Assembly (NCBI GenBank): GCA_032718475.1
Contig: JAUCBJ010008403.1
Coordinates: 1-64,000, forward strand
Origin: Nemertoderma westbladi
Lineage: Eukaryota; Animalia; Xenacoelomorpha
DNA length: 64,000 nt
Direction: 5' to 3'
The position numbers were made by a program, and so were the translations under genes. Of the stretch, positions 26,276-38,500 are shown in pieces (within the stretch, counting starts at the first letter, position 1; each line of letters opens with the position of its first letter). The notes under the pieces are model-generated. The model did not search any database. It had not been told where the DNA came from and saw nothing but the letters and a program-made list of their open reading frames with translations.

Positions 26276-27434
26276 GTTCGCCTGAAATTAAACGATAATA
26301 TGTTTAAAACTGATTTTGGCGTCAGGGGTCTGGGTTTTACCTGTAAATAAATGAGAAATTTTAAACAGCCACAGGGAATAAATCTGTCAAAGTCAAATTT
26401 CTGTGGTAGATTTATGGCTGAAATATAACGACAGGTATAGCTGTACTGTATGTGTCGTCTTCCTTGTGAGGTTATTTGAAAGGTCGATACGATAACACTA
26501 TTTCTAACTAAGTGATGCGTACTTAATTTAGGGCACGTGTTGTAACACTAAGTTACCAATTTAAATGACAATCAACTTGTCCTAATTTCAATTATCACAG
26601 AAATGTAGGGGATGAGACGTTCGATAGATTTGAAGATATTACTGTATGTTAAGTACCTCGCGAAATGTAACTGATAAAATAATAAATAGGTTTTGGTGTC
26701 CGTTTCACACTAGATGCGAACTCGATCATGTAATCGTGCAACGGGAAAATATATAGTTATTAATTTGTCAGAAGTTAATTGCTCCACAGACACATACAGA
26801 TTGCCTCGATTTATAAATCGCACGGATATACGGGGCCTTACTCCTTATATGGTATTACGCAGACTGCCAATTAATGAAATTCAAATAAACTATAGAAATT
26901 GATGGCTGCACGTATTTACTCAATGGCATTCGAATCTAGGTGTACCTATAATTCCTTGCATAGATCACGAATATCATACACACAATGTTCACAAATTTAA
27001 ACGAAATACCAAATACGTTGTACCAAATATTAAATGTCACACCGCACTTACGTACTAAAGAAGAGTATCCGTTACTGTTGATGCCCCACTAGTTCATTCA
27101 AGCCGATTGCCTCGATTTACAAGTCGCTCAGATAGACGAGGCCTTACTCCGTGCAAGTTTGTAGGTTTTACACACGAAGAGTAACAGGATACTTCAAACT
27201 TATCAATAAGGCGTCAACAAAGTAGTACTTGGCCCGTAATATAAAGTAAAACGATCAATCAGAAAACTACGTAGTTTCAGTCCTACACGTATTAATTCCA
27301 GTTTATTCACGAACAAAATCACTAACGTAGGTAAGAACGTCCGAGCGTGCACTCTCATAGAACCTACCTTAAGCTAGTTGGTTGTTTGATGTTGCAAAGT
27401 ACCGTACTTTATTTCATCAAAGTAACAAGAGAAC

Positions 27435-27444
27435 AGACTATTAC
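27435..27444 (-). other. Non-tRNA primer-binding site of A (LTR-complementary)
   Basis: Sense gtaatagtct abuts the LTR CA; its complement lies in the 3' LTR at 8998-9007. Confidence 0.65.
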
Positions 27445-28528
27445 TGTCGAGGCATTTAAGACAAGATTAATTTTACAGTTCTCAATGGTAATATAAAGTT
27501 CGATCGCGTAACCCAATTTCGAAGTTCAAACACCCCACTAGACCTAGTCAGTCGTAAAGTACTAATTGCCTCGGTGTACCCACGAATCCGTGGGAGCACT
27601 TATACAACGGATCGTTACTTTGATACAATAGGTGGGACGTAAAGTACAGTAGATATTGATGGCTGTAAACTGAAATTATGGGGGGATATGTTGTAATATA
27701 CCGTTTATAGTTCCGTTTCACTACGTTGTATGCAAGTATTCGTAATTATGACTTATTATGAATTAATAATGAAACATTTGTGAAAGGTCTAGGTATAGGG
27801 TAAGTATACTTATTACTCGTACTATTGAATCGATATTGCTATACATTGATCTTAAATATATTTGTTATGAATGCTTGTGTTCGTGTTGGTAAATAATATT
27901 ACAGTGTTGGATGTCATACACACTCAATACGTTTGAACCGTTGTCGCCTGTAGGGCAATACTCGAAGTTAGCAACTCACCTATTATGGTGGTAAATAAAA
28001 CGAGATGTTTCCTTTAAACAATGTTAATACATAATGAGCAACAACGATAATAACAGCAATAATAACAATAAATCAATGTTAACTATGTAAGCATGTAAGA
28101 TAAGCATGTAAAAGGGTAATTAAGTGAAAGTAAGTGAAAGTAAGTGAAAGTAAGGTAATAGACCTCTTAGATCTTATGAGGTCTATTTAGGTGGTTTGAG
28201 GGTAATAATATAAAGGTTACGCCTACAAAATGAACTAAATCTAAACTATAAATACAATTGTCACAGAAGGACGGCCACTGGTAGTAGTAGCCAATGAGGA
28301 CCCACAAACATGAAAGCAACACTACTCGCTATCAGTAAGCTGAGTGCAGACTTTCTGAGCCGACCAATAGGAGAAATAGGCAGACTAAATACAAATATCA
28401 GATTTACCAGCACGAATAAGTAGTGGGGCTAGCCGTGTATCTGAATAGCTATATTGCTGTACACAACACATATTATACAGTAACACTAGCGTTACATAGA
28501 TTTTGGGGCTTGTGGAGCTGCATCAAAA
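27445..28528 (-). repeat. 5' LTR of element A (1084 bp)
   Basis: Matches 8287-9376 apart from a few substitutions and a 5-bp deletion near 28161. Confidence 0.95.
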
Positions 28529-28801
28529 CCAAATAAATTCACCTTTGTACCAAAACGGATCACTTTCCACCAAATATTTTTAATTAGCTGTAACTAATGT
28601 TCGGCAATCGAAACCCTAGACTTAAAGTGTCTTCAACCCTAAACCTAACTAGAAACCTGGTTTTCAACCCTACCTTGAGCCAATATGGCCAATTAAAGCC
28701 AATTGGCCCTTCAGGGTGACCCTAACCAGGGCCATAGACAGACCTTCTATTATTTGGTGGTAAAGTGAGCCGTTTTGGGTGAGAAGTAAGTTTATTTGGT
28801 G
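28529..28801. mobile_element. Small MITE-like inverted-repeat element split by element A
   Basis: caccaaa (8280-8286) + taaattcacc...ccaccaaata (to 28576) is the imperfect reverse complement of 28751-28801. Confidence 0.55.
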
Positions 28802-28901
28802 CAAAAAGGTATCTAATTAGGTGTGCAAATAATTTGTTGGGTATGTAAAACTGTTAACTATAACTTTACAATTATTAACTGTGTTAGACTAATACAAATA
28901 C

Positions 28902-28938
28902 TAATATCAACCGCAGGATGGCGCATGTAAATATATCT
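28902..28938 (-). CDS. 3' half of the FReD exon interrupted by element C
   Basis: RYIYMRHPAVDI followed by a phase-1 GT (gtattt), matching the phase-1 acceptor at 8202. Confidence 0.5.
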
Positions 28939-28943
28939 ACCAA

Positions 28944-29066
28944 TGTTCGCGCTTTCAGACCTTTGGCAGTTTAACCCGCCAAATTAGGATGTCTTCTAGA
29001 TAATAAATCGCTTTTAGCCTCTGACAAGTATTTGATTCACTACACTAGTCGAAACCAATCTGTGCG
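28944..29066 (-). repeat. Distal piece of C 3' LTR
   Basis: Matches 62498-62620. Confidence 0.95.
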
Positions 29067-30308
29067 TGTAAAAGCTTCTGTGGGATATAACTGGCCCTTT
29101 TGCTTTGCAATCCAGTTTCCCCCCAGGCGCTGGAATACTCTAAAAAGCTCTCTAACTCGAATGATGCAAAGCGACCGGCTGATTGGCTGATTTGCTGTAC
29201 GAGGGGCTTTTTGCTATGTTCTATCGGCCAACCAGAGCTATAGCAGCAGAGTATGCAACCAGGACAACCGAGCGGAGTGACTCATTTTGTGTGTTGGCCA
29301 AGGGTTGCAAAATTCCTGATAGTTCGGCATTTAGATATTCGTGGAACTTGTGGAATCTGGTGTTCTGCCAATGAGATCTAATCCTCTCTGTGTAAAAAGA
29401 TACCTGCAACGGTGTTAGGGACAGTAGTAGCAGTTTTTTCTTGATACTGTTGTGTTGTTTGTATCTAGGCCAGGAACACCGGCTCTAGAGTCAACTCGTT
29501 TTCATACTTTAGAAGAAACATTAGTAGGCTTAAGATTATAGAGCGTATAACTGTTATCACAACACAACTCATAACAACTCACATATCGGTCCATATCAGT
29601 ACATTGTCATATCATATCTTAACCTACCGTCTTAATGGTTTGCTGTTGTTTGGTTGAATATTATTTGGAGAACATTTATAAAGAACCCAAATTTCCCAAT
29701 TTTCTTGATACACTACAGGTTAGAGAGACGGGTTATATATAGCGATTGCGACTTGTATTGTTGTGGTTTGTAGTGAATTTAATGCTATTTGATAAGCACT
29801 ACATTGGTCCGTTGCTGTTCTCTTTATATATGATAAAAATCATTGACGGTCGGCAAATTAGTGAGCAGTATTGTGTGTTACCGGTAGTGTGCATGATTGT
29901 GACTGATAACTAAGCATTTCCTAAAGAATGCGCCTCATACGTGAATCATAAGCCTTACTGACTTACCGTTGTGATTAGTATAAGTAATATCTCTGTTTAC
30001 TTAGATAGAGCGCCACGTCTTAAAGGAACTGTTAATATTTCCCGAAAGTGAAAAATATTAGTCAGAAATTATTTATTAACGATCAATCGAATAATACAGT
30101 AAGTTTACACTGCAATAATAATCTAAGCCCTCAGAATCCAGCCCCCCGGGTATATCCAGCGGGTGAATGGACGCGCACTAGGCTGGCTTCTGCTAATGTT
30201 GTGTTTATTGGTATTAAATATTTGTCATCTTCTAAAGTATATTTATAAACCAAAAGACATATAAATTTTGGCAGGTTAAACTGCTAAAGGTCTTCAAAAG
30301 CGCGTACA
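29067..30308 (+). repeat. 5' LTR of element B
   Basis: Matches 43787-45028 with about 9 substitutions counted by eye. Confidence 0.96.
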
Positions 30309-30319
30309 ATAACAGTTAT
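30309..30319 (+). other. Non-tRNA primer-binding site of B (LTR-complementary)
   Basis: ataacagttat is the exact reverse complement of LTR 29547-29557. Confidence 0.75.
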
Positions 30320-30639
30320 TGACTTTATTGCAGTGAACAATAAAGTTGAAAGTACCGGTCAACCGGTAAACCTGAACCGGTACATCTGTAGGTCAGTAGG
30401 CCCAACTGCCAGAACCGGTACTTCTGTAGGTCTGTAGGCCCAACTGTCCTAACCGGTACTTCCAGTATAAGTACATTAGTATTATTTCGATTGTGATCTA
30501 TTGTATATTGTAGGCTGCCAGGGGAATAGGGATTGATCACCCCTCATTCTTTTGTATAGTTTACTTATTTCTGTCAGTTTTATTTCCTAGTAAGTTAATA
30601 TTGAGCTGAAGACGTGTAAGTCTGCTCAGATTGCTCAGA

Positions 30640-31210
30640 TAACTGTAGGCCGGACTGTTGTCGGATTGTTGTTGGGTTTGGAGAGATTACGGCGTGTGTA
30701 GAGTTTGTCCGATAGAGTGCCAGTTAGTAAGTTGGGGCAGCCATAGCTGTAAGGTCAATCCCCTCTTAAAGAATAAGTCGTACTACCGTGTTAGAACGCA
30801 TACTAACTAACCATTTTGGAATCTGCATATACTGTAGTTTATTTAGGCTTGATCGTAGTCTGCCAGCGTTTTAGCCTGTGTTTGTTTGTGTGATCTGTTC
30901 AGGTACCGTAATAGTTATTACTCAGATATTTTGTAGGCTGGATTGTTGTCTAGCTATTATTAGGTCTGAAGAGATTGCTGCGTGTGTAGAGTTTGTCTGA
31001 TAAAGTGCTGTTAGTAAGTTGGGGCAGCCATAGCTGTAAGGTCAATCCCCTCTTAAAGAATAAGTCGTACTACCGTGTTAGAACGCATACTAACTAACCA
31101 TTTCAGAATCTACACGTACAGTAGTTTATTTAGGCTTGGTGGTAGTCTGCCAGCGTTTTGGTTTGTATTTGTTTGAGTATTCTGTACGGGTAGCGTAATA
31201 TTTATTATTC
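30640..31210 (+). repeat. ~287-bp tandem duplication in B 5' UTR
   Basis: ggggcagccatagctgtaaggtcaatcccctcttaaagaataagtcg at 30734 and 31021; homologous pair in C at ~61530-62110. Confidence 0.85.
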
Positions 31211-32159
31211 AGAGTTTATGCGATTATTCGTAACATTCATGTCCCCAAGTTTATTCCTACAGTAATTGTGCTTGTTATACATACCGTTATAGTTAAATTA
31301 ACCCCGGTACTACACGGGCTGCTTGGCGTAGGAAAAGACTGGTGACTTTGTGCTTCGGTCACTCCAGCAGATGCCGTGGTTCTTTTAACTGTTCAAGTAT
31401 ATTTAACTACTGATTATTTGTTGTGCCAGTACTTGTACCTAATTTAGGGTTTAGTGTACAGTGCTTTCCGAAAGTAATTAGTGTGTAGGCAGTATATTTG
31501 TGTTGTAAAGTGGTTAATAGGCACGCTGGATCTGGTAGTCCGCGGTAATTAACTTCTAGGTAGGAACACTCCGTGATATATAACGTAGTACCTATAGCGA
31601 TACGGCTATAGGTCGTCAGGCGGTGGTATTTTCCTATCTGGACAGTGCAATATATTTACTACTACTTATTATTTTCAAATACCGTAGTATCCTGTCCGTT
31701 TGTAATAACTAGAATTCTAACCCTTTGTTAGGCTGGTTTGTAGACTTCCTGTAAAATTACCCTAAAAAATTTCGTACGTAATATTTTTGTTATGTTTTAA
31801 TTAGAGAATTAATCTCACCCGTATCGTAAGTAATTTGTAGTATTAAGTAACTTAGGTAAATTAGAATTATCAGTTTTTAGTGTCCAATAAATAGCACTTC
31901 ACTGAGAGCGCACAGCTTCTGTGTAGTGACTTCCCCCAGAAATAATAACATTTATTTCAAATATTGACAAAACCCCTTTTTAAACGGGTATATATCTATT
32001 ATAAATCAACTCAAACGATTTATAAATAGTAGGCCTGCCATACAACAACTAGGTCTCAATATCAGTTGGACTACTGCTTAAATAGCAGTAATAAAGTAAG
32101 TTAAAGTAACCAAGTAACCCTAAAATATTCAGAAATTCAATTATTCTAAAATAATTGAC

Positions 32160-32410
32160 ATACCGGTATTTACCATAGGTTTATTATATTTATTTCTATA
32201 AATTTGAGCTACAATCATACCGGTATTCTGTAATTAATTCTAGTTCATAATTATACTTATATATACTATAAGTGTAAGCTGTATACCGGTATTCACGATA
32301 GGCCTATTATATATTTATATATATTTGTGCTAAATTTATATACCGGTACTCTGTGGCAAAACTAGTTTACAATACTTATATATATTATAAGTACATACCG
32401 GTATTCTAAT
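32160..32410 (+). repeat. Array of five TACCGGTA palindromes, ~60-bp spacing, upstream of gag
   Basis: Copies near 32161, 32218, 32284, 32341 and 32396; same array in C at 60323-60570. Confidence 0.8.
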
Positions 32411-32512
32411 ATACTGTAATAAATTAACGGTACTAGGCCAACGGTTATACTGAATTACTAGACTTGCTTTAACTGAAACTATAGCAGTAGACATTCAACT
32501 GTATAGCTAAAC

Positions 32513-35500
32513 ATGTCTGACACTCAGCAAAACCTGTCAGACAGTCTAATCGATACAACCATCTGTGACACAGATAGGAGTGGGGAGCGATTAAGAAAGG
32601 AGTTCAGTTCACCTCCTACTGCAAGAAAGGTCATCCCTCCAGTAGTATCAGACCCTAGGCTAATCCACCATAGGTCCATCATAGGCACTCGGGCCCAGGT
32701 CAAACGGAACCAAGAGGCAGCTGTCCTATCGCAGCAACATCTTGGTCAAGAACCTAGTTCCCAGCGACCCGATAGCTCCAGTAGTTCGGATACTGTAGAG
32801 CTGACCCCCGAACGCGGAGTGCAGATGGCGGCTACAGCCTACTCGGACCCCCTTCTCACCCTTCCTGCCGCAGTGCTAACTACTATATTCATTGCGGTGG
32901 AGGAACACCAAGTCGATCGGGCGAGAAGTAAGCGAGCGACCCAAGATAGTTATGCGGGATACGCCAGGGAAGAATTGATGTCTATTGTCGAGTCACAATG
33001 GAACTTTCCCGGACCCGGACTCCCGTTAGATTTGTCCGAAGCTACTTGGGAAGACATACATAGGATGGGAGTGACTAAAGATACGATGGATCCAGCTGTT
33101 TGGAAGAGGTCGGCAGCAGGATATGTGCAGGGATTCTTCGGCTCCTTAGAGCGATTAGAAGAACAACTGTTTCGACAACCCCAAGGACCTCAAGAGCAGG
33201 AAGAGCTGCTTTATCAAGTACGCGAAAGAACCCTACGCATTAGACTAATCCTATCAGCCTTTGAGGAAACTTCTAAAAGAAGACAGGACATGTCGCTGCA
33301 AGTTGCTGTCAAGACTTGGTTCCAGCGGGTAGGTCTCAAAGTTCAGGAAACGGCCCAGTGGAAATCCCAGCTGGCTGAGAGACCAACCTATGAAGAACCA
33401 ACCGATGCCACCCTTTCTAAAGCGGAAAGCGAAGTGACAGCAGAGAGACCGCGAACTAGAGACGCTATCGACATTTATCTGTCCGACTATCAGCGATTCC
33501 TAGGAGACGAAGAGTTGAGGAGACGGCTGTCTGGACTTTCCCCTAATAGTGAAGGAACCAAGCTTGTGTTGGACTCAATCGATGCGGAAATGTTAGCTGC
33601 AAACCAAGCTGAATTTGATGAAAAACTCCGCCTCGCTAGAGTCCGAGAAGAACAAGTAAAGAAAAAACGGATAGAGGAAAGAAAGGCAGCAGCAGTAATG
33701 GCGGCAGAAGCAGAAGCAGAAAGAAAGGAAGCAGAAGCAGAAAGAAAAGCAGCGGCGGCAGAAGCAGAAGCAGAAAGAAAAGCAGCGGCGGCAGAAGCAG
33801 AAGCAGAAAGAAAAGCAGCAGTGGCAGAAGCAGAACGGAGAGCGTCTGAGGAGACTATCCAACTGGAGTTGGAAAATCTGCAAGAGACGCAAGACAACAT
33901 AAATAAACAGTTAACTGCTAGTCAAATGCAGATGATGAGAAAATCTACTCCCAAGCGCCAGGGATACACATCCTCGGAGGAAGGCGAGACCACAGATCCT
34001 GAAGGCGGAGGAAATAGATCTTGTCTAAGCAGGCGTAGAAAAACATCTCACCGTCACAAATTGCCTGATTTGCCCCCAGCTGTTAGAAGACAGTTAGCTA
34101 GCACAGACTTAGGTAGTACGGAACCCGCATACCAAACTATTCAGGTCAAAAGACTCCCTACAATAGTTGATGAGCCTGAAATAATTAGGCCTGTCGTTCC
34201 CAAAGTCACTTCTGTGTTAGAGACCCCTGTACTTCCAGAGCTTAACTCTAAATTCCCTTTACATAGTACTACACTGCCTGTACCCGGTAGAACAGTCCAA
34301 GAGAATATCCCTGTCCTGATAGCAGAGAGAGAAATCAAAGATTTGTCTCCCGTCGTCCAGCGTCGGCCCGCTACAATGTTGGCGACTCCCGCTTCGGCGG
34401 TCGAGTGGGTAGAGGAGGGACGGCGGGGGATGAACCTCCTGCTCGGACAGATGCAGGAGACTGTCCACCAACTTAAGGGAACAGTAAGGGAAGGTAGGGC
34501 AGAGTTGCAAGAAGTGCAGCAAAGTATCGCACTGGAACGCGACAAGTTAGTCAATATACAAAAAGGGATACCAATACCCCCTGTAAAATTGTGTCAACCT
34601 GTTAGGTCTGAAGTATTACATGCGCAAGGTGTGGAGCCTACACGCATCTATACTGCTAGTGAAGTAGAAACTCCTATAGCAAACCCTATTAAGGGTGATT
34701 ATAGACCTGTTGTTAATGATGTTCCTTATAGACCTGACAATGATCCGAGAAATTTATATACCGATAATTCGATATTAAATAACACGATGGCCCAAGAAAG
34801 CTTTACGCGTCAGATGGCTAGAACAGAAGCCCGCCAAGCGGTCAAAGTGGGAGAGATCGTCAAATTCAATGGAGATGAGATGAAATGGTTACCTTTCAAC
34901 GAATATTACAAAGATAGCATACAAAACTCTGTACTATCTAACGGAGAGAAACTTAGGTTCCTCATCAAGTGCTTGGAAGGACCTCCCAGGTTAATGGCGT
35001 TAAAGTTTATTGGACATCCAGAAGGATTAAGACAAGTATGGGATACATTAAACATCAGGTATGGTAACAAGGATAACATAGCTAAGTATTTGTATGCAAA
35101 ATTAGTAGCCCCCCGGCACTTCCTTAGTAGCGGGATTATAGAGTTTTCCGATGAGATTCAAGATATCTGTAGACAATTGGACTGGTTAGGTAAGTCTCAT
35201 GAATATCAGAGTTCCATGGTTATTGGAGCCATAGTCTCTACTTTACCAAAGGGTGGAGTATGTACACGCTGGGACAAGAAAGTGTTGTACATGAATGAAC
35301 AACAACGACGAAGTCCTACCATGGCTGATCTCATGTCCTTCTTAGATGGTGAAGTAAAACTACAACTCATCAAGCAGTCCAGAGAGAAAACATCGGAAAA
35401 TAAGGTAAGTGAGAAACCCGCTTCTAGGAGAAGAGTAACACCGGTGTGTTACACTGACGACGGCGAAAGCCAAGCTTCTCAAGAAGAGGACAGCGGGAAA

Positions 35501-38500
35501 GACACTGAGAGATCTTACTACGTTGAAAAAACCTCAAAAGATGTAAGTAAATACAAGGCTCGAAACAACGATAGGAGAGAACAGGTTGCCAAGACCCCTC
35601 CTCAGTCTCCTAACAGAATGCACCGAAGAAAACCCGAAGAAAAAACGAGAGTGCATCAAGTTACCCAAGGTAAAGTGAGTAACATAAAACCTAACTGTGC
35701 GCTGTGCGACAGGACCCACCGTTTGAGTGCGTGTGCTGAATTTCTAAAGAAATCCCTTGTAGACAGACGTGCAGTCGTGTGGGACAAGCGGTTATGTTAT
35801 AATTGCCTCAGACCAGGACACCAACGGCGAACCTGTTACTCCGACATAAAGTGTGCAAAGTGTGGCGCGAAACATCATATCTTGTTACACAGTGAGTTCG
35901 ATCGAGACAAACTGAGTCAGGTAAGTGAGCCCGAACTACATGTCCAATTCAGTGATGTAAACGACACTGATCAAGAATCTGAGATGGAAGGATTCTATAC
36001 TGACGAATTCTCCGACGCCAACGAATCCTGTTATCTAATCAATACCGCAGTGTATCGAGCACTTACTTATGAAAAGGACACCAACGATGAGTTTCCCCCA
36101 ACTAACTTTGACAGACAACCATCCTGGAAACCTTCAACTTCCAACGTAGGAATCAGAGAATTTCCTGTAGTGCAGGTAAGAGTTCAGGGTCCTAACAAAA
36201 GTTACATAGTGAACGCCCTCCTTGACTCCGGCAGCACAGGAACATTCATCGATCAAGAACTAGCCGAAGATATCTTTGCTGGACAACCCAAATTCCGGAC
36301 TAAATTGAATATGTCAGGAATTATGCAGGTTTGGAAATCTACCCTAACGGCAGATTACTATGTAGGTGTGTTGTCCACCCCCCAGGATAAGTTAGGAGCA
36401 CAAGGTATAAGGTCGGTAAAAATGGTGGCTATAAAGAACTTCGCTACTACTCAAGCAGACCTTTATAATTGGGACGAGGATGAGAGCATCCAACATCTTA
36501 AAATACCTCGATTTCAGACAGATTATCCTGGAGTGCAAATACTCATCGGCCAAAACGCGCACGAGGCGCTCAAGACATTGGAGAAACGGCCTGCTCAACC
36601 ACAGCCACTGCAAACCTATGCGGTAAGAACTAGAGTAGGTTGGTACTTTACTGGCCCTTCCCGCAGGACTCTCGAAGAGAGAATGCCACACGAACAAATA
36701 TATCAAGTAAACGATTGGGAAGTGGAAAGCAGTGAGGTGGACGAACTAACTGAGGGAACAACATACTCCTCAGATAATGACGACATCTACCAACTCTTCG
36801 ATGAAGAGAACACAATTGACCTACTTACAGAAAACCAAACTTGGAAAAATCAGGTGAACCTATGTCAACTGATTCGCCCATCGGAACCCATTGCTTACAA
36901 TGACGAACTAAACGATGAGATAGAGCGCTACAACGCTAGAACTCGGGACGAACTAGCCGTAAGATTCTTTACTCAAGAACTGGTAGAGCCCAATTCATAC
37001 GATAAGGCTCTATCGATAGAAGAAGAAAGAGCCAAGCAAATCCAGGAAACAACTACACGTTTTTTAAAGGAGCAAGGTAGGTATGAAATCGGCCTACCAT
37101 TCCGAAAACGAGAACCTAGATTTATAAATAACAGACCCTTGGCAGAGAAAAGAATCGCTCAATTACATCGACGCCTTACAGCTAATGCTTCAGCTAAAGA
37201 AATGTACCAAACTCAGCTGAAGAAATTTATAACAAAGGGATACGCGGAGCGAGTACCGGAAGGAACACCAGTGACTGAGAGAACGTATTACTTAACCCAT
37301 CATTACGTTCCCAAACCCGGTAAACCCCAAGAAGTACGAGTTGTATTCGATGGCTCCGCCCTATATATGGGCCAATCCCTCAATTCCGAGTTGTTACCAG
37401 GACCCAACTTACTCCAATCCTTGTTGGGAATACTTTTAAGATTAAGACAATATTCCATCGCGTTCGCCTCCGATATAGAAGGAATGTTCTTACAAGTCAA
37501 GGCGCTGGATAGAGATAGAGACAGCCTGAGATTTCTGTGGTGGCCTGAAGGAGACCTCAACCAGAAACCGGTGGAGTACTGGATGACCATCCAGGCTTTT
37601 GGGATCATATCTAGCCCTTCCAACGCCTGCTCCGTGGTGCGAACCACTGCGAATGACAACCGAGACGCCTTCTCCAAAGAGGTGATAGACAACATCAAAC
37701 GTAATATATACATGGACGATAATTTAAGGTCCCTTCCATCAGTAGAAGAAGCCATTGATGTTGCGAAAGGAACGGTAGAGTGTTTGAAAAGAGGTGGATT
37801 TCGACTGACGAAATTCACCAGCAACTCCCGTGAGTTTCTGGAAGCGATACCGGTAGAAGACCGAGGAGCGAAAGACCTAGACTTAATAAAGGATGATCTT
37901 CCAGAAACCAAGACGCTTGGCTTGAAGTGGGACACTGAAAGAGATATCCTGTTTTTTCAGCTCAAACAGCGAGATAATCCAGTTCGGACCAAACGGATTT
38001 GTTTAAGTATCCTGAGCACTTATTTTGACCCATTGGGATTTATTAGCCCAGTTATATTGATTGCTCGGAGTTTAGTACAACAAATGTGGCTTGAAAACCA
38101 CTCATGGGACGATCCGCTTAAGGGAGAACTGTTAAAGAAATGGATGAAATGGGAAGATTCTCTACCTGCCATCGAGAACTTTATAATTTCCCGTGCATAT
38201 TTTGGACATGTTCTTCCGACGTATTCCTATCAACTCCATGTGTTTGGAGACGCCAGCGACATGGGAATAGGTATAGTAGCATATCTGCGAGTCGAAACTC
38301 CGGATGGAATCAAAGTCGCCTTGGTTACCTCTAAGGCATTGATTAACAACAAATTAAAGGTTCCTCGAGCGGAGTTAAAGGCGGCTTTATACGCTACAGC
38401 CATCGGCCGGAACGTAACAGAACAAATCGACTATCCACTGGAGAAAACGTTTTACTGGACCGACGCTTTACTCGTGTTGGAGTATCTAACCAATGAAGTC

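Larger units (their letters stand above)
8287..28528 (-). mobile_element. BEL/Pao LTR retrotransposon A (full length, decayed, ~20.2 kb)
   Basis: Near-identical LTRs, TSD ccaaa (8282-8286 / 28529-28533), gag-PR-RT-RH-IN order with Pao motifs, plus an extra ORF. Confidence 0.95.

Noticed and set aside
29183-29409. Short ORFs in LTRs (also 43903, 45186, 62773)
   Set aside because: Repeated only because the LTRs are duplicated; not conserved between B and C.
32160-32410. CRISPR-like array
   Set aside because: Eukaryotic retroelement leader; 8-11-bp repeats with mutually related spacers and no cas genes.
37303-37935. Antisense ORFs over gag-pol, ORF2 and the LINE (also 54629-55234, 18902-19570, etc.)
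   Set aside because: Shadow frames of real coding sequence with no independent motifs.
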